A DNA stretch of 64,000 nt from Nitrospirales bacterium (GTDB lineage Bacteria > Nitrospirota > Nitrospiria > Nitrospirales > UBA8639), in NCBI GenBank assembly GCA_965203295.1, contig CBDBCZ010000018.1, positions 288,001 through 352,000 on the forward strand, read 5' to 3'. A program made the translations under genes and the position numbers. Under the pieces are notes generated by a model. It was given only the letters and a program-made list of their open reading frames with translations. It ran no database searches and was not told the DNA's origin. This document shows, in pieces, positions 51,794 to 64,000 of this stretch (position 1 is the first letter of the stretch; every line of letters begins with the position of its first letter).

Positions 51794-52879
51794 GCCTCGT
51801 CCCTAACTGGTAACACCAGCTTGCGCATGCACAATTCGTTTTCTCATTCCACACTCGAATTATTAGGGTCTCCCGAGGTTCAAGCAGTTTTGAAGGTGTC
51901 GAACCACCACGAACTCATGTGAAACTCATGTGAAACTATCCTGTAGGGTTTGCTCCCTCAGTCCGGACAGCAATGGTTTCAGTGGGTTCGGTGGAGACGA
52001 ACCTCCCTGAACTTATTCGAGTCAGGGTGGTTCGTCTCTGCTGAACCCACTTGAACCACTGCTGGCTAATAGAGATCACGCCAGTTCAGGGTGGTTCATC
52101 TCTGCCAAACGTATTCAAAACACTACTGTCCATTAGAAATCATGCCTGCAGGACAGTTTGACTCATGTTCAGGGTCAAGTGGCTACTTCAGACACAACTT
52201 ATTTCAAGAACAGATGGTTTGCACTAACTGCAAGCATACCCATGTGACTTTAGCACATGAAACTAATTATGGTTAAAAAAAATCCTGTGTGAGTGGGGAT
52301 GAGAAGCTAGTGATTTATTTTATGTGGCCTTATACACACTTGGGAGTAGGCCTGAGGAAACTATGTTTAGTATGAATACCATTAAGCATATTCTGAGAAT
52401 AATCAGAACCGAGAACAGTGTCAGTGAGTGAAAATCCATGAAGTGTCAGAAGCTTCCTGGAGGGTCACAAACCATCTTTGCAATCACACTTTGAGTATAA
52501 TAGAATTGGAGGGTCAGGAATAACTGAAGAGCATAGAAGAAGTTTTGAGCATAATATCCTCAGGCCTACTTTGGACTCGTTGGGAATGTATTAACTCAGA
52601 GGAAGTTGGGTATGCCTAATATTTCCTGAAGTCATACTATTGAAGGTATGGCATTGCTCAGATTCTAACTATTTTCTGCCAGAATTACATCATCACATGG
52701 TATGGCACATGTGATGCCTTCCAACCTCCTCTGTCCCATACCCAACAAGGTAATACAATCAAACTCCTCATATAGTGTATTGAAAATCAGGGGCAATGTT
52801 AATTGGAAGTGAAATCAACCAGAAAAATAACCAGTACATACTGTGGATTTGTAAAGAACTAAAGCAGTAAACCAAAATT

Positions 52880-52935
52880 TACAGTATGTTTCGTCCCTAT
52901 TGGCCAATTTGGCGGGATGGGACTCATCAGCTGGC
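52880..52935 (-). ncRNA. Hammerhead-ribozyme-like core (possible Penelope-like remnant); stem I not evident
   Basis: Minus strand: CTGATGA-GTCCC...GGGAC-GAAAC-ATACT-GTA. Confidence 0.45.
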
Positions 52936-53356
52936 CTCCCATTAGCCTCAGTACCAGGCTCACTCCTCTAAACCAAGAGACTTCGGCTACATCATAATAT
53001 TATTTCAATGACTGGCTGACAACACAGCTATTGAAAGGGCAAGTTGGTTGTCCACAGGAGAAGGCAAATAGGCAGTGGATCTAAGTACGTAATTAAGATA
53101 GGCTGTCAGAATCAAAGGCTAACAGTTTAATTTCTGCAATCAACTTCCATTTTCCTACTGCACTGGACAACCAACCAGCAAACCTTTGTACCAGCCAAGG
53201 GAACAAATAAGCAAGTGGCGTACTAGTGCCTACACATTCTGACTCTTGTGAACTGACAAAAGATTTTGTACCATGGCAGCCATACAATCGACAGCCAGAC
53301 TGAGCCAGTACGTACACTGTATACAGATTACTAAGTTGATACTTGTAGCCAGGGGG

Positions 53357-53430
53357 GCTCCAGTAGCTCAATTGGTAAGAGCATCTGACTAGTATTCAGA
53401 AGGTCCTGGGTTCAATCCCCAGCTGGGTCC
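53357..53430 (+). tRNA. tRNA-Thr(AGT)-like sequence, most likely a SINE head or pseudogene
   Basis: A box TAGCTCAATTGG, anticodon arm TCTGA-CTAGTAT-TCAGA, T arm CTGGG-TTCAATC-CCCAG; acceptor stem has a C-T mismatch; T run downstream. Confidence 0.7.
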
Positions 53431-53866
53431 CGATTTTTCGGGATTTCTTTACTCTCTCAGAAAGCTTATCATCCTTGAAGAGTTCACAATGCAAAACATT
53501 TCCAAAAAGTACTTTAAGATCAGCAGAGTACAAGGTTTCTAAAAAAAAGGTATGCATCTGTAAAGGGTCTTCCTACCTTAAATATCTCTTCTCCTAGCGC
53601 ATAAGCAATGGCATTACATGAGTTGCTATGGCAACTAGTCTTTTGAAAGCTAAAACAACACTAGCTACAAAGCCAACTTGATATCTGGAATTTTGAAGAA
53701 ATTTCAAAACTTGAAAAACGGAAGTGCGCATATCAGTCATCTTCGTCCATGTTGCGAAATTAAAATTGCGTGTATTCGGCAAGACACGTCGACGCAAGAA
53801 CCACCATAATAATAATATGACAGACAAACGGGAAAAAAGCACTTTCCAAAAGTTCAAAAACCAGTC

Positions 53867-54800
53867 ATGTAGGGATGCACTTCCAGCAAAAAACACTTCC
53901 CCAAAAACCAACGTAACAAGTGACAATGCACACCGGAAGGCGTGCACAGACTAGCCACACATCACAGCGCAATGCATTTACCGTGTACCTACCATCCCTA
54001 CATCTTTCCAACCACACCCCTCCAATGATGCCTATGTGAGATGGGAATAGTGGTAGTGAGTGTGTTGGCGCATGGTAGGTGAAAGTGTTGATTGTGTACA
54101 TATTGGACAAGTGAGCACACCCATCGCAATGACGCCTATGTGAGATGGGAATAGTGGTAGTGTCTGTGTGCAATGAGTGAGTGTGTTGGCGCATGGTAGG
54201 TGAAAGTGTACGTTGATTGTGTAGATGTTGGACAAGTGGTTGAGTGTTGTGTGTGTGGATGTTCTTTTTAGGGGAGGTTGATGTGGGTGCAAGTGTTTGG
54301 TAAAGTGTAGCTAGATTGGGAGTTGTGGAGTTAAATGTGGTGTGTTCGTGTTGGTGTGAAGGTTTGTTGCGCTGATATTCATTGGGAGTGTTGCGTGTTG
54401 TGGAAATTACTCTGGTTGGTTAATGCTTGTGAGCGGGATTATAGATCAGAGTGGGTTTTGATGAGAGTAGTGTTGCTGTGGAGATTTGGGTTGGCTGTAG
54501 CGTGGGGTGTCGTGTTTTGTGAAGTATGTAAACGTAAATGGATGTGAGGGTGGTTGTTGTGGTATCACGGTTGAGGATGGTGATGATTGTGGATGGTGGT
54601 GGGTGTTGAAGGGTGTTGTGTATGGCTGTGTGGTATACGGTTTGTGATGGGTGTGGTTGGAAAGATGTAGAGATGGTAGGTACGCGGTAAATGCATTGCG
54701 CTGTGATGTGTGGGTAGTGTGTGCACGCCTTCCGGTGTGCATTGTCATTTGTTACGTTGGTTTTTGAGGAAGTGTTTTTTGCTGGAAGTGCATCCCTACA
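53867..54800. repeat. ~150-bp inverted repeat pair around ~100-bp tandem units
   Basis: 53867-54019 is the reverse complement of ~54649-54800; diverged copies at ~23068-23210 and ~25143-25280. Confidence 0.85.
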
Positions 54801-55307
54801 GGTTTTTGCAGTTTTTGGAATGTGCTTTTTCTGTAACTTGTTTTGGGGCGTTTTTTGGGGAGATGGCATGAAAGGGTTTAGAGTGTTATGGAGTGTTGAT
54901 GTATTATGAGTGGGGTTGGCCGGTAAATATCTGAGTTTGGATTGTTTTGTGTTTGTGTACAAGGATGTACATGTGTGGTGTTTTATTGCGTATAAAGAAG
55001 TGTTGTGAAGTATAGTGTTGCAGATGTATGGAAGTATGTGAACGTGTTATGAGTAGAATGATACTGGGTGTTGTTGAGGTCATCAGTATAAAGTGCAGTT
55101 GTGTTGGGTGAATTGGGTGAGAAGCGTCCTCAAATGCCTGCTTGAGGTGAACTATGGCAGCTACTTCTGTTCAGTGACTGTGTTGCACTCACTACTATAG
55201 TGCCATTTCACAGGCTGCTTGCTGGCCCTTACTGCCTTCATATTCAGAGCTGCTGATTTCATTGGCAACTACACATCTGCCATTTGTCATCAATGGGAAG
55301 TGCAGGT

Positions 55308-56222
55308 CAGGCCGGAGGGCTAGAACATGGTACCGTTGCCTGGGGACATGTAAGATGAACAACCAGGTCGTAGGGCTAGAACATGGTACCGTTGCCTGGG
55401 GACATGTAAGATGAACAACCAGGCCGTAGGGCTAGAACATGGTACCGTTGCCTGGGGACATGTAAGATGAACAACCAGGCCGGAGGGCTAGAACATGGTA
55501 CCGTTGCCTGGGGACATGTAAGATGAACAACCAGGCCGGAGGGCTAGAACATGGTACCGTTGCCTGGGGACATGTAAGATGAACAACCAGGCCGGAGGGC
55601 TAGAACATGGTACCGTTGCCTGGGGACATGTAAGATGAACAACCAGGCCGGAGGGCTAGAACATGGTACCGTCACCTGGAGACATGTAAGATGAACAACC
55701 AGGCCGGAGGGCTAGAACATGGTACCGTCACCTGGAGACATGTAAGATGAACAACCAGGCCGGAGGGCTAGAACATGGTACCGTTGCCTGGGGACATGCA
55801 AGATGAACAACCAGGCCGGAGGGCTAGAACATGGTACCGTTGCCTGGGGACATGTAAGATGAACAACCAGGCCGGAGGGCTAGAACATGGTACCGTTGCC
55901 TGGGGACATGTAAGATGAACAACCAGGCCGGAGGGCTAGAACATGGTACCGTTGCCTGGAGACATGTAAGATGAACAACCAGGCCGGAGGGCTAGAACAT
56001 GGTACCGTTGCCTGGGGACATGTAAGATGAACAACCAGGCCGGAGGGCTAGAACATGGTACCGTCACCTGGAGACATGTAAGATGAACAACCAGGCCGGA
56101 GGGCTAGAACATGGTACCGTTGCCTGGGGACATGTAAGATGAACAACCAGGCCGGAGGGCTAGAACATGGTATTGTTGCCTGGGGACATGTAAGATGAGC
56201 AACCAGGCCGGAGGGCTAGAAC
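55308..56222. repeat. 56-bp tandem array, ~16 highly homogeneous copies
   Basis: caggccggagggctagaacatggtaccgttgcctggggacatgtaagatgaacaac; no spacers. Confidence 0.97.
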
Positions 56223-56266
56223 CCAGATGCAGGTACATCAGCTACATCGAACAGTCTTAGCCAATA

Positions 56267-57580
56267 CTACTGACTGGGGATCACACAATCGTAATGGTCA
56301 CCAGAACGGTTGTGATACAGGAATATCTTGAAACCACACCTGGGCAAACAGGTGGGTTTGAAAAACACTGGCAGAAAATGTTCCCAACCACGACGACCCT
56401 TACTGATCCCACTAAAGGTGAAAATCTCCAGTTGAAGCATGGTGGCAATGACACAAATTTCTTTCTCTGTCCCCCATGTACCCTGGCTATAGACATGGTG
56501 CTTCCTTATGTAGCCCTGCCAGGCAGCTACAACACGCCTATTATTCTCATGATCATCCAGAGTATTGTCACCTTCATAAGGAGTGCTACAGCTACAGCAT
56601 GCTCTTCATTAACTGAATCACAGCCAGGCGCAGTGCCACGTGATTCTCCTGACTACCTGTGACTTGCTTAGAGATGGCTCTGTACAAGCAGTTGCCATCT
56701 GGTCTTATGCTGTCACGAATGTGGGGGGCTATTTCCCGGCACACTATTGGCCTGACATCTTCACACTCCTTCACCAAGGGAGCATCAGTCAAGGTACCCA
56801 GAAAAGCCACGGCATCAACTCTCCAATTAGGCGGGGGTGTGCCAGTGATTGCAAACGCTTTTGGGCTCTCGCAATGCACTATGCCCTCACCTTCAGAGTC
56901 CAGGCAATCTGAGGAGGGTGACTGGGCTCTTGGTACAGAGGTGCTCACACCCCCTGTCCTACTGCCGACATTACGCGGATTGAGGGGACAAGAGCGACTG
57001 TGGGTTCGCTCTCCTCCACATGTACATTCTGCCTCATCGCTAGTGCCACTACTATCGTCACCACTACCCAATTCGTCACTACAATATCCACCCTCTTCAC
57101 TATCTGAAAAGTCATACTCTATGAGCTCAGCACCACTCAGGTCATCCTCATCATCACTGTCTGCAGTGGTGATGACTGGAGTGAAAGAGCTCGCAGCACC
57201 AACACGGCGCTTATTCAGAGGGCAGTCTCGATGACTGGTTCGTGAATGAGCCAGTGAGCCACACCTACAAGGCTTCTTACCAGCACCGCTTGCTTCACCA
57301 CCAGTGTCAGAAAGGATCTTCTTGGATCGATCCTTTCTGGTTCTGGTGGGCGTACATGGCCCCTCATCCTCAAGCAGTTCTGGACCATATGTATGCAAAA
57401 GCTTTTGCTTTTTACCCTAGGCCTTCCTTTGGTGCTGCTCTTCTTCCTTGTGCTTGGCTTTAGACTGGCTTCTCTTCCTCTTTGCCTCTTCGGTTTGCCG
57501 GTATTTCAGTGTATTGGCTCTCTTGCAATTATACAGCTTTAGAGCCTCTGCCATGCCAGCTAGTATCGGCAGTCCCATTC
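56267..57580 (-). pseudogene. Paralogous 3' module: transposase C-terminus, two Zn-knuckles and OTU protease
   Basis: MGLPILAG...RKA*GKKQKLLHTYG...CRCGSLAHSRTSHRDCP...CTCGGERTHSRSCPLNPRN...PDGNCLYRAIS; after a frameshift, WGTEKE...LYHNRSGDHYDCVIPSQ*. Confidence 0.82.
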
Positions 57581-57649
57581 CTTCAAACAAAATAAGGTCC
57601 CGGGCATCACCATCATTGAGGAGGCGACACCGCAACCAATCACTAATCT

Positions 57650-60600
57650 CTACTCGCTGGGGATTACACAGTCATAATGGTCGTCAGACCGATTGTGATA
57701 TAAAATAATGCTGAAACCACACTCGGGCATACAAAAGGGGTTTGAAAACAATGGCTTAACTCGTCCCCAGCCACGGACACCACCAGTAACGCGAGAAAAA
57801 ACAAATATGCTAATTTGGAACATAGTGGCCATGACTATTAGTTCATTAGCTGTCCCCCACCTACTGTTACTAGCAATGTGTTTGCTTTCTACGTACTTTC
57901 TCACAGCAGCTACAGCACCCTTTTGAATCTCTTCAATATCAGAACCACCAGCATTATACTTTGCTTGCAGCCAGTTTGCTATGGCTGGGGCATGCTCTCT
58001 GTTAAGCATGAACTTAATCATAGCCAGGCGCAGTGCCATATGATTGTCCTGACTGCCGGTGACATGTTTCGAGATGGCCCTGTACATACAGTTTCCATCT
58101 GGCATAATGCTGTCACGAGTGTGGGGGGCTATTTCCTGGCATTCAATTGGCCTAATGGATTCGACCATCCGCACAACAGGAGTATCAGTCAAACTACCCA
58201 GGAAAGTGATGGCATCGTCCTTCCAACTACTAGTAGGTGTGCCACTTATAACATATTGTATTGGGCCCTCACAATCTGTTATGCCCTCCCCTTCTGAGTC
58301 AAGGCCATTAGAGGCATCCGGCCTGTCTGACGACAACCCACGAGAGCTACCACTGGGCTCTGCCTCTGAGCTAGGAGTAGGTTCGGTGGTCTTAGAGGGC
58401 AAGGCATGAGATGGAGCTCCTCTATTTCTAGGATTCAAGGGGCATTCACGGGCATGTGCACGCCCATCACATGTACAGAGTTGAGTAAACCACGGTATGT
58501 CACTGTCTTCATCGGAAGACAAGACAAATACATCCACATCTAAATCCATACCTCCCTCATCCTCACTGTACATGCTCTCATCGTCAGAAGATTGACACTC
58601 CCTGTTCCCGCTGGCAGAAGCAATGGGTAGTTTACCACCTGCAACACCAGCCTTGTCGCAGGACTGCCCATCTGCATGTTTACTGCCCCTCGTACTGTTC
58701 CTGCTTGTAGAAGGAATAGGCAGTTTACTACCCACACCACCAGCCTTTTTCTTATTGGCCTTGTTATAGGGACAGTCCCTGTGGTTTGTACGGCGATGAG
58801 TGATAGATCCACACCTGCATAGTTTTACTACACCCTTAGAATGAGCTCACACACTTTTGAGTGGGTCTTGTGGGAGTAGACACCAGGTCCCCAGTCATCT
58901 TTAGAGGAGTCTCAGCAATGGATTCTACATCTGTGTTGTTGTAGGTATGTAGAATCTTTTGTGATTTTCCCCACTTCTTACGGGCTTCTTGTTGCGACCC
59001 CCTGTGCTGAGATTTCCACTGGCTTCTACTTTTCTTAGGTGCTTCAGTTTTTTGCTGGTTAAGCTTTTTAGATCTAGCTACATTGGCCTGCTTGAGTACT
59101 GCTTCCACACCGTCAAGTATGGGCAGACCCATTCGCTGAAGTAACTCATGAAGCCAGTGGTACTTCATGCCATGAACACTGTCCATGTAGGTCATGTTGC
59201 TTTGCAACAGACCCAGATTAGTGGACACCTGGTAATGAAAGCGATTGAGGTGCAAAGACTTTGATCGAAAACGGATCAAACAATTGTGAGAGGCTTCACT
59301 TTGATTTGTATGGCCTCTACCAAGCACAGGATGAATGACATCCTCCGCTTGGTCAGCCCTTCTATCACATTCTATCTGGTAGGCCAGGCTGTGAAAGGGA
59401 CAGCTCAAAACATTTCTTGTTTTGTATGCTTTCCCATCACACTTTATATTATCTTCATCACACTCCCCACATGAACACAACCTGAGGGGGTGGAAGTCAC
59501 ACTGCTGGCCGTCTTGCCATTCATGGTCGTCCCTGGCATGATGGTGCAGTGCCGTCATTCTTGGGCTCTGTCCCTGCACCAACTAAGGCCCCAAAGAAGC
59601 GGCTTCGGGCTACAGTTATGAATTTATCAGACATGCAGCCACACCCAGAACTATGGTGCTTTGGACAGTGACACTCAGCAGTGTTCACTTCAGGATACTT
59701 CTTCTTAAGGGCTGTTTGTTCGGTTGCTGTAAAGCTTTTTTTCACCTTTATACTTTTCAGCATTTTTTGGTGAGCATGTGGTACATGTCCACCGCAAAGC
59801 ATCAGCTTTACATCAGGATAATGTGCTTTAACAGACAAGGCAGAGGATGAGTCTGCATCCTGCCAATGGATGCTAATAACCACCCCCTCCTCCTTGGCTT
59901 TGCCAAACACAACAGAAGCTGCATGCCCCTCAGCAAACTTTGATGTGCCTTCATATAACTCCCCTTCACAGAGGTCATCTTTGCCTCGCTGGCAGAGATG
60001 AATGTAGTACAGCAGAGCACCACTTACGTAACATCGTATCTGAAAGGTGAAATTTTTGACTATGATGCCCCCTGGTCATCCAGGCACCGTCAGCAATTGT
60101 GACAGCATTCTGGAAGCTGCTAAGTTCGCTATTTGGTTTAGCTCACACTGCTAAGTTCGCTATTTGGTTTAGCTCACACTGCTCGTCTACCATGCTCTTT
60201 ACGTGAGGATACATGCACTTTAAAGTACTGTAGAATTGCTGTTGAGAGACAGCATACATACCGCAAGCATGTGCCAATACCTTCTGGTACTGCGCATGGG
60301 TGCTGTGACAGCATTCTGGAAGCTGCTAAGTTCGCTATTTGGTTTAGCTTTCATTGCTTCTTTCGCTAGCTCACACTGCTTGTCTACCATGCTCTTTACG
60401 TGAGGATACATGCACTTTAAAGTACTGTAGAATTGCTGTTGAGAGACAGCATACATATGCATGTGCCAATACCTTCTGGTACTGCGCATGGGTGCAACCA
60501 GCAGCAATGAATGCTACTTGCAGTGCTAGACCAACTAAAGTTTGCTGAGTAGCTTCATGGACAGCAGAACTATTGAACTGTACACGTCGCACTGTACAAC

Positions 60601-61300
60601 CAGTACAGTCATACTGCACTTCTACAGAACCCCCAAGGCCAGTTAAAATGATACTGACAGGCTTCAACTGGCCATTACAACCAGAAGTTGCACAAGTTGA
60701 GGTTGCATTTATCTGGTCAATAAAGGCTTGAAGCTGAGAAGTATGGCCTACATATTGACCATTACGTTTACAGGAAAATTCAGCTAGGCCTCTTCTATCA
60801 GGGGTTTCTGTCAAAAACTCAGGATTGAGTTTGCGTTTCTTCTGTGGTGTTTCACTATCACTTTCATCCTCAAAAGAGAGTTCCGAGTCTGTTACTTGGA
60901 CATCCTCCCTTAGCTGAAGCTTACCATTAGTAGTTTCAACCCCCATACTCTCCCCTCCCACATTACTAATCCCCACACCACCCTCCCTAACCCCAATACC
61001 ACCCTCCCCTTCTCCCCCCACACCACTCTCTCCTATCCCCACACCTCCCTCCCCTTCTCCCTCCACACCACTCTCCCCTATCCCCACACCTCCCTCCCCT
61101 CCCTCCCCTTCTCCCCCCACACCACTCTCCCCTATCCCAACTCCTCCCTCCAATTCTCCCCCCGCACCACTCTCCCCTATCCCCACACCTCCCTCCCCTT
61201 CTCTGACCCTACCCATCCCTCGGTGACTCACGGCATTGCGACTCCATCGGAGTCGTACCAGCTGCTGAAAGCGAGCAGATTTTTTAGACGTGCACATCAT
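57650..61300 (-). mobile_element. Kolobok/Mutator-like DDE transposase with C-terminal Zn-knuckles and OTU deubiquitinase domain; frameshifted, with an internal duplication at ~60120-60500
   Basis: ADGAWMTRGHHS (~60085), YEGTSKFAEG, WQDADSS, LCGGHV, HTNQSEASH..RFRSK; then CRCGSITHRRTNHRDCP; ORF 57650..58735 has PDGNCMYRAIS, WGTANEL and HYDCV. Confidence 0.8.
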
Positions 61301-61934
61301 GGCGTCTCTGAGAATAGTCTCGTGAGTGTCTTGTGCCCCGTTGCGCGCTCATTCCCAGACTACAGTCAAGTTCGTTCCAGTACCGGGTACCGGGTACCCA
61401 AGTCGCATTACATCATTGGGGCGGGGTTATGCCTTCACCTGCTCTCTTTTGGGGGCGGATCTAGAAGGACACGCAGAGTTACCGAGGCCCATCGAATCAA
61501 GATGGAAGGAAGGTGTGTATTAATGCGCACTCCGTACTTAAATAATGGTAGATACATAATAGGTAATACTACGTATGCGTTTATCTTTTTGCCTATCTAA
61601 AGGGACACAAAACTTGTTCCTGAAAATGCAAATTCAGTTTGCCATAGCACGTTAACTACGTATTTTCTGTGAAAATCCATACGTACGTTTGTAGTTGCGG
61701 TGGAAATGTACAACATATCGCAGATTTGATCATCATAGCTCCTATGAATGTTTCAAAATTTTGCTTCAAAAATGGTCCACAATAAAGGAACATAGCGCTC
61801 TAAAAGAATAAAATGCATGCAAAAAAATTCCAAAAAATTATTTTTATCAGCAGAGTACAAGGTTTCCAAAAATATAAAAAATATATATGCATCTGAACAG
61901 ACTCTTCCTACCTTAATATAAAGTACATGTTTTT

Positions 61935-61984
61935 TCTATTTTATATGGGCACATAAATGTGCCCATGGCGTTCAAAGAGTTAAT
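61935..61984. mobile_element. TTAA-flanked piggyBac-like terminus abutting CACTA family 3 intron sequence
   Basis: gggcacataaatgtgccc palindrome followed by GGCGTTCAAAGAG-TTAA; partner end not found. Confidence 0.45.
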
Positions 61985-62925
61985 TATATTATTATTATAT
62001 TATTATAATCATACAAAGAAATACTAAGGCAAACACTGATTGAAAAGAGCTACTCACCTGATTGCCCCAATTTTGTTGAGTTATCACTTACAAGACGATC
62101 CCGGTCAATGGGGCTTGGGATGGTTCTGGCCTCAGAATGCCTATACGTCTAAATGTCTTGATTTGCCCATTCAGGGCGTCAGTGGTGAAATACCCCTTTT
62201 CCCTGATGCAGTGGGCAAGAATCCTCCGGCACTGCAGCACTAGGACACCCTCAAAGATCACGTGCATGTCATGCGGTAACCACCGATAGACATCAAAATG
62301 TGGTGCCTGGTCGAGGTTGCTCAGCCGATTCACCCCGTAGGTTGTGGAGAAGCTGTCTGACAATCCTGGAGCTGAGTCCAATAGGAGGCACTGTCGTCTG
62401 TGCCTGTCAAGGCTCCTTAGTTGGTCCTTGGAGGCATTGAACTGTAGTGAAGAAGTTCTGTATACCATTATGTATGTAGCTATTTGGCCCAAATTGCACA
62501 AATTAACCTGTATGTAGGGGTCTGTGGGTATGTTCTTAAGTAGCCCCACCCCTGTTGTGGCTTGCGTATGTGTTCTTGAGTTTGTCCCTCTTCACTAACT
62601 ATTGACATGATGACTACCAGTGACAACATACCTTCGTATGAAGATACTGAGGTAGAATCATGCTTCGTATGAAGATACTGAGGTAGAATCATGCATGCTC
62701 GGCGTTTTCTGTATGTCGAAGCACTTTCCTTGTACCCCCCAGCACAGCTTGCAGTGGCAGAATCTTCAAGAAATGCAAGCTAGCACCCATGAAAGTGATG
62801 CTCTTGCCTTCCAGTGCATACATGAATGCCTTCCTGTTGGAACAAATAATTTAGGTGCTTAAATGTCATAACACAGATAGGAGAAATGTATGCAAAGGAC
62901 AGAACCACACACATGTCCAATGCAC
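61985..62925 (-). pseudogene. Second fragment of CACTA family 3 transposase
   Basis: Near-identical to ~47000-47675 but keeps the WLPHDMHVIFEGV segment deleted there. Confidence 0.85.
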
Positions 62926-62938
62926 ATTGTGGTATTAC

Positions 62939-64000
62939 TTTAACCTGGCATCGCCAGTCAGACCTACTTAACCTCCACTGGGCATGCACCATTGCATTGT
63001 GATGGGTAGCTGGGTTGGCCTACTTTCCCATCCTCCCCCAACTACCCTGGCCCAGGATTGCCAGAGAGGCCCCTTACATTTTTTGGCTCTCCCTGGCCCT
63101 AGGCCCTTGGGGGGCAAGGTGTGGGGCCATTTATGGGCCCACCCTAGGCCAAGCCCGTCATGCTAGTTGACCAACCGTCAACTAGCAGAGAACACTAACA
63201 AACACACCAACGAAGAAACTAACAATGGTGGCAAACCAACAACCAACCAGCCACCGACGAGATAAGATACAAAATGATAAAACAAAATTATAATGACCAC
63301 AAAGGTACAAGGGAGGAAAGAGGGTGGGAAGTTGCGAGACGCTTTAACTGGACAATATACTTGGCACGAGGCACGAGGCTATTACTTGAACTGCGCATGC
63401 GCACCTCACCCTGCATGCGCCCCACCCCTGTAGCCACGCCTCTTCCTTGTCTCGCATGTTAACCTGCTTTAACTCCATTAAACCCTATTTAACCTGGCAT
63501 CGCCAGTCAGACCTACTTAACCTCCACTGGGCATGCACCATTGCATTGTGATGGGTAGCTGGGTTGGCCTACTTTCCCATGCTCCCCCAACTACCCTGGC
63601 CCAGGATTGCCAGGGAGGCCCCTTACATTTCCTGGCTCTCCCTGGCCCTAGGCCCTTGGGGGGCAAGGTGTGGGGCCATTTATGGGCCCACCCTAGGCCC
63701 AAGACGTAGTCGCCCCCCAAGCCCCCTTTAGTATTGACACTGCCCACCTACCATCTGACTTTTAACTCGGACGCCAAGCTACCAGTACCTAACCACCCCT
63801 TATTCTACTAGGATACAACAAGGTACCAGGATAATACCGGAAACCACACCCAATAACATACCAAACACACAACAAGAAACCCAATTGCAACAGCATATCC
63901 TGCCAGGGTGAAGCATGAAAAGTTAAATCCCCAGCTGGGTGGAGACCCGGAAGGAGTGAGGTGTTAAACCTTGCTTGCTGCTGCCAATGTTTTGCTCACT
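62939..64000 (-). mobile_element. 3' end of an Ngaro/DIRS-like retrotransposon with split direct repeats
   Basis: ~212-bp direct repeats at 62939-63150 and 63488-63699; the window edge reads VSKTLAAASKV* on minus, like a recombinase ORF end. Confidence 0.6.

Noticed and set aside
53357..53430. Functional tRNA-Thr gene
   Set aside because: Acceptor-stem mismatch, TTCAA instead of TTCGA, and repeat context favour a SINE head or pseudogene; not excluded.
55308..56222. CRISPR-like array
   Set aside because: Head-to-tail identical units without unique spacers; eukaryotic context; no cas genes.

Overview
Eukaryotic, repeat-saturated DNA. Short GT-AG introns, a tRNA-derived SINE head and palindromic MITEs suggest an invertebrate metazoan, possibly a demosponge (inference). 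I find no recognisable housekeeping gene and no CRISPR array. The window is a nest of mobile elements and local duplications: a spliced tyrosine-recombinase gene cut by a ~60-bp C/G-tract satellite; a 3'-truncated DUF3504/Crypton recombinase with a 145-bp hairpin; three CACTA/EnSpm-like transposase families (one apparently intact, 11 exons, 833 aa, with an upstream ORF and a divergent SAM-domain partner); a Zator-like transposase with a PHD finger; Gypsy, DIRS/Ngaro and LINE fragments; a HIRAN ORF; several TIR MITEs with target duplications; and minisatellites. Two observations stand out: a Kolobok/Mutator-like DDE transposase fused to Zn-knuckles and an OTU deubiquitinase, present as two tandem paralogous modules, and a strong minus-strand bias of nearly all TE coding fragments, as expected for a uni-strand piRNA cluster. 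All family calls come from manual motif recognition, not database searches.
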